A DNA stretch of 64,000 bases, from assembly GCA_964509545.1 (NCBI GenBank), contig CAZDXQ010000016.1, positions 509 through 64,508 of the forward strand, given 5' to 3'. The stretch's first letter is position 1. Every line of letters starts with the position of its first letter. Origin of the DNA: an uncultured Burkholderiaceae bacterium. Its GTDB lineage: Bacteria; Pseudomonadota; Gammaproteobacteria; Burkholderiales; Burkholderiaceae_F. The position numbers and the translations under genes were made by a program. Below, piece by piece: positions 57,262 through 64,000 of this stretch. The notes beneath the pieces were generated by a model, which had not been told where the DNA came from, searched no databases, and saw only the letters and a list, made by a program, of their open reading frames with translations.

Positions 57262-60200
57262 ATGGGCGAAGTGAAGAAGCCGCAGCAGCTGATCGAGCCG
57301 GTATCCGACGTCGCACCGTTGGCCTGGCTCACCGGCGAGATCCGCACGGCCACCGAGGCGGCCGTCGCCGGTCTGCGCGAGTTCCTCGCAGCCAAGAGCA
57401 ATCTCGAGGCGCTGCGCGGCGCGCGCAGCCAGGTCCACCTGGCCAACGGCGCATTGCGGATGCTCGATCTGCGTGGCGCGTCGCTGCTGCTGGAGTCGAT
57501 CGAGCAACTGCTCAAGCAGTGGGAAAGCGCACCGGGCGACTGCGTCCCGACCGCTGTGCAGAAGGTCGACGCTGCGCTGCAGGCGCTGGTCGCCTATCTC
57601 GAAGGGCTGCGCGCAGGCCGAGCCGACCAGCCGATCAGGCTGTTTCCCCACTACCGTGACATCCTGCAACTGGCCGGCGCCGCGCGCGTGCACCCCGCCG
57701 ACCTGATGTTCCCCGATCTGACGCGGCGGCCCGCATTTCACGCCATCGGCGTGCGGCCGCTGACCGCCGACCAGCTGCGCGTGCGCCGCGCCCGCTTCGA
57801 GGGCGCGCTGCTGAATTTCCTGCGCGACCCCTCCAACCGCGCGGCCAAGAACGACATGCGCGACGCGCTGTCCGATCTGGAGCGGTTGCCGCAGCGCGGA
57901 CTCGCGCGCAGCTTCTGGTGGGTGGTGCGCGGCCTGCTCGATGCGCTCGAGGCCGACGCGATCGCGGTCGATGTCGATCTGAAGCGGGTCCTGGCGCGGG
58001 TCAACCTGCAGCTGCGCCGGCTGATCGAAGGCGGCGGCGCAGTCGCCGAGCGCCTGCTGGTCGACGCGCTTTACTACATCGGCCGCGCCGATCCGCGTGT
58101 TGCCCGCGTCGCCGAAGCGCGCCAGCTTTACGACCTCGATGCGCTGCTTCCGGCCGATTATGAGCGGGCGAAGCTGACCCTGCCCGACGCCGACCAGCTG
58201 CGCGTTCTGCGCGAGTCGCTGGCCGAGGCCAAGTCAGCCTGGGGCGAGGCCGCCGGCGGCGGCAACGTCGCGGCCTTCCTGCAGCACATCGACGCGGCGC
58301 GCCGCGCTGCCGCGGCCATCGAGGTCGAGCCGGTCGTGCTGCTGCTGTCCGATATCGAGGCGGTCGCCGGCGAGTTCTCCGCGGTGCCGATCTCGGCGCG
58401 CGAGTCGCTGGCCATCGAGGTCGCCACGGCGCTGCTGCTCGTCGACCTCGGCGTCGACGAAATCCCCAACCTCGACGACCGCTTCGACGGCCGCGCCCGC
58501 TCGATGGTCGAAAGGCTGCAGGCCGCCCGTCGCGGCGAAGCGCCGCCGACGGTCGAACCGTGGCTGTCGGAGCTGGCACGCAAGGCGCAGGACCGCCTGA
58601 CGATGCAGACCGTCATCGCCGAGATGAAGGGGCTGCTGCGCGAGATCGAGCAGCGGCTGGACCGGTTCTTCCGCGAACCGGCAGAACGCAGCGAACTGCC
58701 CGCGCTCGACGGCATGATCGACCAGATGGCCAGCGTGCTGGCCCTGCTCGGCTACGACGACGTCGTCGCGGCGCTGGCCGACGCGCGCGCCAGCGTGCGC
58801 CGCTATGCCGATGCGGCAACGCCGGCGGACGAGGCCGACTTTGCGCGTCTGGCCGGCAACCTCGGTGCAGCGGGCTTTTTCATCGACACGCTGCAACAGG
58901 ACGACGACCGGCCGCGCAGCCGCTTCCGCTGGGATCCGGCAGCCGCGGTGTTCAGCGCCGACATAGCGGCGGCACGGCAGGACGAAGTCGAGGAGGACGA
59001 GGACGAATACGGACTGCATGCCTACGCCGTCGAGCACGGCGGCGCGCCGGAGAACGTCGAGACGGCGGCGCGGCAGCATCTCGAGCAGGCGCGCGAACTG
59101 GCCGGCCACCTCGCTGCGGCGCCGAACGACGCAGCCGCCGCCCGCCAGCTGCAGGAAGTCACGCAGCGGCTGGTCAACGATGCCGACCTGCTCGACGACG
59201 CCGGACTCAGGACACGCGCGCGCGAAGCCAGCGAGACGGCCAAGAAGCTGATCGCACACCCCGATGCGGTGCTGGCGGGTCTGCTGGCACAGGCGCTGAC
59301 GCCCAAGGCGGCCGAAGCGGCGCCGCCGGCGGCGGCACCGCTGCCGCAGACACAGGACGCGGCCGACCAGGAACTGATGTCGATCTTCGTCGAGGAAGCC
59401 GAGGAGGTCCTGACCGGAATCGACGAGCAGCTCGATGCGCTGCGCATGGCGCGCAACGACATGGCGCGCCTGACGACCGTGCGCCGCGCATTCCACACGC
59501 TCAAGGGCTCGAGCCGCATGGTCGGGCTCGCCCAGTTCGGTGAAGGCGCCTGGGCAGTGGAGCAGTGTTTCAACGCCTGGCTGTCGCAGGAACGCCCGGC
59601 CAGCGAGGATTTGATCGCCCTGGCGGCGGCGGCGCGAACGGTGATGGGCGGCTGGGTCCGTCGCATCCGAGTCAATCCGGCCACGGCCATCGATCCGCAG
59701 CCGCTGGTCACTGCGGCGCATCGTGTCCGCGACGGGCAGCCGTTCGCGATCGAGCCGACGGTGTTGCAACAGGCGGAAGAAGAGGTGGCGCCGCTCGCCC
59801 CGATCGAGATCCCCGAAGCCTTCGCGCCGATCATCGAGCCGGCCGCCGAGCCGCTTGCGCCGGTCGTCACTGCCGAACCGGCAGCACCCGAGTTGCCCGC
59901 CGTCGCCGCAGCAGACGAAGAGGCGGCCGCCGCAGCGAGCGAAGCACCGGCGCCTGCCGAGGAAGGCGAAGCCATGCGCCGGATCGGCCCGGTGGTGATC
60001 AGCCACGGCCTGTACAGCGTATTCCTCAGCGAGGCCGACGACAGCGTACGGGCGCTGGCGCAGGACATCGCCGAGTGGCGCTTCGAGCCGAGCCGCCAGG
60101 TCTCGTCGACGGCGATGCGCAGCGCGCATTCGCTGGCAGGCATCACCGCGACCGTCGGCCTGCAGCCTGTCTGGTCGCTCGCCGATCCGCTCGACGACTT

Positions 60201-63012
60201 GCTGCACGAGATGAGCCGGCTCGAGCACGCGACGCACGCCGTGCTCACCGCGGCGCAGTTCGACTCGCTCGAGCGCGTGATCGAACGCATCCGCGGCATG
60301 CTGCATCAGTTCGCGGCCGGCATCTATCCGGCGGAGGCGCCGGCGGAACTGTCGGCGATCCACGACCTGGTCGCCTATGTCCGGGCGTTCCGCGCGCTGG
60401 CCGCCGAACAGGGCGCCGAGCCGGTCGCGGCGACAGCGCAGCAAGCCGCTGCCCCGGCGCAAGAGGTGGCCGAGGAGGCGCCTGCCGCAGCCCAGGCGCC
60501 GGTGGCCGAGTCGCCGGCCGTTGCCGTCCCGGCACAGACGCCAGCGGCACCGGCGGTGGCCGCGCCGCGGGCGGAACCGGCGGTGGCCATTTCCGTCGCC
60601 GACGACATCGACGCCGACCTGCTGCCCGTCTTCCTCGCCGAGGCCAACGATCTGCTCCCCGCCGTGGGCAGCCAGTTGCGCAGCCTTGCCGAGCATCCCG
60701 CCGACCGCGCGCCGCTGCGCGAACTGATGCGGTTGCTGCACACGATCAAGGGCAGCGCCCGCATGTCCGGTGCGATGCGGCTCGGCGAGCTCGTGCACGA
60801 CATGGAAGCGCGCATCGAGACGGCGATGGGATTGAGCGAACCGCCGCGGACTCTGACCGACGATCTGCTGGCGCGCTATGACCTGGCAATGACGCTTTTC
60901 GAAGGCCTGCAGCGCGGCGAGTCGGTCGAACTGCCGTCGGCACCGGCGGTACAGGCGGCTGCGCCGGTCGAGCCGCGCGAAGCGGCGCCAGCAGCGCCGG
61001 TTGCCGAACCGCTTCCGGCGGCAAAGCCCCGCGTCGCTGCGCGTGTCGCGAAGCCCCTCCGCGTCGCCGGCGCACCGCCGAAGCCAGCGGCTGCGGTGCC
61101 CGCGACAGGCGAAACGGCGATGGCCGAGCCGGTGTCGGCCGCGGCCGAAACGGCCGCGTCTTACGTCCGCGTCCGTGCCGACGTGCTCGACAAGCTGGTC
61201 GACCAGGCCGGCGAGGTTCTGATCGCCCGCTCGCGCGTGGAGAACCACACGACGACGCTGAAGGCGTCGCTCGCGGACCTGAACGAAAACATTCAGCGCC
61301 TGCGCACGCAGATGCGCGAACTGGAGATCCAGGCCGAAGCGCAGATCCAGGCGCGCTCGGAAAAGCTGTCGCGCGACACGGTGGCGTTCGATCCGCTCGA
61401 GTTCGACCGCTTTACGCGCCTGCAGGAACTCACGCGGATGATCGCCGAGTCGATCGAGGACGTGGCGACGATCCAGGGCACGATGCTCAAGGGGCTGCAG
61501 ACAACCGAGGGCGATCTTTCGGCGCAGTACCGGCTGACGCGCGAACTGCAGCAGCAGCTGATGCGCGTGCGGCTCGTTCCCTTCTCCAGCATTTCGGAGC
61601 GGCTGTACCGCGTCGCCCGCCAGGCCGGCAAGGAAACCGGCAAGCGCGTGAACGTCGACATCCGTGGCGGTCGCACCGAACTGGACCGCGTCGTTCTGGA
61701 GCGCATGGCCGGGCCGTTCGAGCACATGATTCGCAACGCGATCGTGCACGGGCTGGAATCGCCTGAAGCGCGGCGCGGCGCGGGCAAACCCGAGACCGGC
61801 GAACTGCGGCTCGAGGTACGGCAGGAGAGCAACGAAATCGTCATCGTCGTCGCCGACGACGGGGCCGGCCTCGATCTGGAACGCATCCGCGCCCGCGCCC
61901 GCGCCAACGGGCTGCTGCGCGCCGACCAGCATCCGAGCGATCGCGAGCTGATGGACCTGATCTTCGCGCCCGGCTTCTCCACGGCCTCCGAGGTGACCGA
62001 ACTGGCCGGTCGCGGCGTCGGCCTCGACGTCGTGCGCTCCGAACTGTCCGGCTTCGGCGGCCGCATCGCCATTGCCTCCGAAGCCGGGCGCGGCACCCGC
62101 TTCACGCTCAATCTGCCGCTGACACTGGCGGTGACGCAGGTCGTGCTGGCCACGGTCGGCGGCCGACGCTACGCGATTCCGGCCGGCATGGTCGAGCAGG
62201 TCAAGCGGATGCAGCCCGAAGACGTCGCCGAGGCCATCGCCGAAGGCGTCATCAACCTGCCCACGGCCGGCGAGGTGGCACTGCGCACGATGGCGCAGCT
62301 TCTGGGCGAGGACATGACGCTTCACCAGGGCCGGCAGGTGCCGGTGGTGCTGCTGCGCTCGGGCGACGATCGCATGGCGGTGGTCGCCGACGAGGTCTCG
62401 TCGAACCAGGAAGTGGTGGTCAAGAACGTTGGCCTGCAGGTGTCGCGGCTTGCCGGCATCCTCGGCGCGACCATCCTCGGCAACGGCGAGATCGTGCTGA
62501 TCATCAATCCGGTGCAGCTGATCGTCCGCGCACCGGAGCCGCCGCGACTGTCGCACACCAACACCACCGTGCCGCAGCCGGAAGCGCCGGCACCGGCCGC
62601 CGACATCACCGAGGTCGGCGTCACGCTGGCCGCGGCACCGCTGATCATGGTGGTCGACGACTCGCTGACCGTCCGCCGCGTGACGCAGCGGCTGCTGGAG
62701 CGCAGCGGCTACGAGGTGGTGCTGGCCAAGGACGGCGTCGATGCGCTGCGCCAGCTGCAGGACGTGCGGCCCGACGTGATGCTGGTCGACATCGAGATGC
62801 CGAGGATGGACGGCTTTGACCTGACGCGCAACGTGCGCGCCGGCGAACTGACCCGTTCGATCCCGATCATCATGATCACCTCGCGCACGGCGGACAAGCA
62901 CCGGCGCCTGGCGATGGAGATCGGCGTCAACGCCTACCTCGGCAAGCCTTACCAGGAAGATGAACTTCTCGGACTGATCCGCAGCTACGTGCAGGAGCGG
63001 ATGACTGCCTGA
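57262..63012 (+). CDS. chpA: ChpA/PilL-type hybrid CheA histidine kinase with multiple Hpt domains and a C-terminal receiver
   Basis: 1916 aa. Hpt boxes RRAFHTLKGSSRMVGL (His745, 59494-59496) and RLLHTIKGSARMSGA (His1160, 60739-60741). Variant RSAHSLAGITATVGL (His956, 60127-60129). Degenerate N-terminal Hpt-like QVHLANGALRMLDL. HATPase about 61579-62136 (DDGAGLD, GRGVGLDVV). CheW-like P5 about 62137-62526. Receiver about 62638-62997 (MVVDDS...MLVDIEMPRMDG...YLGKPY). Confidence 0.9.
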   Translation: MGEVKKPQQLIEPVSDVAPLAWLTGEIRTATEAAVAGLREFLAAKSNLEALRGARSQVHLANGALRMLDLRGASLLLESIEQLLKQWESAPGDCVPTAVQKVDAALQALVAYLEGLRAGRADQPIRLFPHYRDILQLAGAARVHPADLMFPDLTRRPAFHAIGVRPLTADQLRVRRARFEGALLNFLRDPSNRAAKNDMRDALSDLERLPQRGLARSFWWVVRGLLDALEADAIAVDVDLKRVLARVNLQLRRLIEGGGAVAERLLVDALYYIGRADPRVARVAEARQLYDLDALLPADYERAKLTLPDADQLRVLRESLAEAKSAWGEAAGGGNVAAFLQHIDAARRAAAAIEVEPVVLLLSDIEAVAGEFSAVPISARESLAIEVATALLLVDLGVDEIPNLDDRFDGRARSMVERLQAARRGEAPPTVEPWLSELARKAQDRLTMQTVIAEMKGLLREIEQRLDRFFREPAERSELPALDGMIDQMASVLALLGYDDVVAALADARASVRRYADAATPADEADFARLAGNLGAAGFFIDTLQQDDDRPRSRFRWDPAAAVFSADIAAARQDEVEEDEDEYGLHAYAVEHGGAPENVETAARQHLEQARELAGHLAAAPNDAAAARQLQEVTQRLVNDADLLDDAGLRTRAREASETAKKLIAHPDAVLAGLLAQALTPKAAEAAPPAAAPLPQTQDAADQELMSIFVEEAEEVLTGIDEQLDALRMARNDMARLTTVRRAFHTLKGSSRMVGLAQFGEGAWAVEQCFNAWLSQERPASEDLIALAAAARTVMGGWVRRIRVNPATAIDPQPLVTAAHRVRDGQPFAIEPTVLQQAEEEVAPLAPIEIPEAFAPIIEPAAEPLAPVVTAEPAAPELPAVAAADEEAAAAASEAPAPAEEGEAMRRIGPVVISHGLYSVFLSEADDSVRALAQDIAEWRFEPSRQVSSTAMRSAHSLAGITATVGLQPVWSLADPLDDLLHEMSRLEHATHAVLTAAQFDSLERVIERIRGMLHQFAAGIYPAEAPAELSAIHDLVAYVRAFRALAAEQGAEPVAATAQQAAAPAQEVAEEAPAAAQAPVAESPAVAVPAQTPAAPAVAAPRAEPAVAISVADDIDADLLPVFLAEANDLLPAVGSQLRSLAEHPADRAPLRELMRLLHTIKGSARMSGAMRLGELVHDMEARIETAMGLSEPPRTLTDDLLARYDLAMTLFEGLQRGESVELPSAPAVQAAAPVEPREAAPAAPVAEPLPAAKPRVAARVAKPLRVAGAPPKPAAAVPATGETAMAEPVSAAAETAASYVRVRADVLDKLVDQAGEVLIARSRVENHTTTLKASLADLNENIQRLRTQMRELEIQAEAQIQARSEKLSRDTVAFDPLEFDRFTRLQELTRMIAESIEDVATIQGTMLKGLQTTEGDLSAQYRLTRELQQQLMRVRLVPFSSISERLYRVARQAGKETGKRVNVDIRGGRTELDRVVLERMAGPFEHMIRNAIVHGLESPEARRGAGKPETGELRLEVRQESNEIVIVVADDGAGLDLERIRARARANGLLRADQHPSDRELMDLIFAPGFSTASEVTELAGRGVGLDVVRSELSGFGGRIAIASEAGRGTRFTLNLPLTLAVTQVVLATVGGRRYAIPAGMVEQVKRMQPEDVAEAIAEGVINLPTAGEVALRTMAQLLGEDMTLHQGRQVPVVLLRSGDDRMAVVADEVSSNQEVVVKNVGLQVSRLAGILGATILGNGEIVLIINPVQLIVRAPEPPRLSHTNTTVPQPEAPAPAADITEVGVTLAAAPLIMVVDDSLTVRRVTQRLLERSGYEVVLAKDGVDALRQLQDVRPDVMLVDIEMPRMDGFDLTRNVRAGELTRSIPIIMITSRTADKHRRLAMEIGVNAYLGKPYQEDELLGLIRSYVQERMTA

Positions 63013-63174
63013 GTGCAGCCGGCCTGGCTGCTGCGCCACGCCGGTCGGCAGCAGCCGCAAAGCATAGGCGAAGAGCGTTCGCGGCGCGTTGGGGGAATTC
63101 ACTTCCCGCGTTCCGGCCATTGGCGGCTGCCACCGTTACGGTTACCTTACCGTCATCGGCGAAAGCCGAGCCGA

Positions 63175-63229
63175 CCCCGCACTTGGTGCGGGGATAAAGG
63201 GCCAGCGAAGCGCTGGCCCTTTGCTTTTC
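63175..63229 (+). terminator. tandem stem-loops ending in a T-tract: probable terminator of the pil-chp operon
   Basis: Hairpin 1 is CCCCGCA-CTTGG-TGCGGGG (63175-63193). Hairpin 2 is AAAGGGCCAGCG-AAG-CGCTGGCCCTTT (63196-63222), followed by GCTTTTC. Confidence 0.65.
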
Positions 63230-63285
63230 CGGTCCGTCAATCGCGGCGCCTACAATGCGCGCCGCAGTCGACCTCGACCCGCTCC

Positions 63286-64000
63286 GTGAAATTCACTGAC
63301 AAGCTCGCCGCGCGCTGGCGCAGTGCGGACTCCCTGCTCTGCGTCGGCCTCGACCCGGATCCGACGCGCTTGCCTGCGCAACTGCGCCAGCGCGACGATG
63401 CGATCTTCGCCTTCTGCGCCGCGATCGCCGACGCCACGGCGCCTTTTGCGTGCGCCTTCAAGCCGCAGATCGCGTACTTCGCCAGCGCCGGCGCCGAAAC
63501 GCAGCTGGAAGACCTGATGACGCACCTGCGCCGGCGTCACCCGCAGATCCCGGTCGTGCTCGACGCCAAGCGCGGCGACATTGGCGCCACGGCGCAACAC
63601 TACGCGCGCGAGGTGTTCGAGCGTTACGGGGCCGACGCCGTGACGCTGTCGCCCTTCATGGGATTCGATTCGATAGAACCGTTCATGGCGCACGCCGATC
63701 GCGGCATCTTCGTGCTGTGCCGGACCAGCAATCCCGGTGGCGACGACCTGCAGATGCTCGAAGTCGGCGGCGGTCGACTGTACGAACACATTGCCCGGCT
63801 GGCCTCGACAGGGTGGAACCGCAGCGGCCAGCTTGGGCTCGTTGTCGGTGCTACTTACCCCGCCGAACTGGCGCGCGTGCGGGCGCTTGCCGGCGACGTG
63901 CCCTTGCTGGTGCCGGGCATCGGCGCACAGGGCGGCGACGTGCAGGCCTGCGTGCAGGCCGGGCAGACTGCAGCCGGCACCGGCATGCTGATCAATTCCT
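63286..64000 (+). CDS. pyrF: orotidine 5'-phosphate decarboxylase (type 2), 5' part; continues beyond the window end
   Basis: Own translation from GTG 63286: [26 protein letters not shown]...[10 protein letters not shown]...[14 protein letters not shown]...[11 protein letters not shown]. Open to the window end, hence not in the ORF track. Confidence 0.9.
   Translation, partial: MKFTDKLAARWRSADSLLCVGLDPDPTRLPAQLRQRDDAIFAFCAAIADATAPFACAFKPQIAYFASAGAETQLEDLMTHLRRRHPQIPVVLDAKRGDIGATAQHYAREVFERYGADAVTLSPFMGFDSIEPFMAHADRGIFVLCRTSNPGGDDLQMLEVGGGRLYEHIARLASTGWNRSGQLGLVVGATYPAELARVRALAGDVPLLVPGIGAQGGDVQACVQAGQTAAGTGMLINS

Noticed and set aside
58234-63120. 1628-aa minus-strand ORF antisense to chpA. 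Similar long antisense or out-of-frame ORFs include 224..1495, 5077..6783, 39204..40850, 56122..57741 and 28392..29684.
   Set aside because: Their translations are Arg/Gly/Ala/Pro-rich low-complexity strings with no recognisable motifs. Each lies opposite or overlapping a gene with clear family signatures. Long shadow ORFs are expected at this GC content because stop codons are rare.

Overview
High-GC proteobacterial chromosome segment. Gene content and order look beta-proteobacterial (inference only). Hand counts of single 60-nt lines give about 77% G+C in housekeeping parts and 47-55% around 14.1-16.5 kb. The left half (1-33.8 kb) is a large cell-envelope glycan region. It starts with sugar-nucleotide supply genes: PMM/PGM, manC, pgi, galU and a WbsX-like gene. 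Next comes a ~20.5-kb unidirectional minus-strand block (27158 down to 6636), partly stitched together by 4-nt ATGA/GTGA overlaps. This block carries rfbB-A-C-D, the Wzm/Wzt ABC exporter, a 1131-aa methyltransferase/coiled-coil/GT2/GT4 protein, a GT9 gene, a methyltransferase and a GT-C-like membrane protein. It ends with a mycobacterial-type polyprenyl-phospho-D-arabinofuranose donor module (HAD-UbiA fusion, DprE1-like, DprE2-like, GtrA-like). After that come ADP-heptose genes (hldA, hldD, gmhB, hldC), interrupted by a decayed vapBC pair, and a WecA-family initiating transferase. The right half is mostly housekeeping: apaH, plsC, pyrC'-pyrB-pyrR, ruvX, yqgE, photolyase, an MFS transporter, a DsbG-like gene, and groESL with a CIRCE operator. 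It continues with Trx-TPR, dacB, redoxin plus a DsbD-family protein, hemL, rubredoxin-pilG-pilH-pilI-pilJ-chpA and pyrF. The main exception is a solitary, divergent CasE (Cas6e)-like gene at 45532-46197 with no other cas gene or CRISPR array in the window. I saw no rRNA, tRNA, transposase, integrase or CRISPR array. Many long ORFs in the track are GC-driven antisense shadows and are not called.
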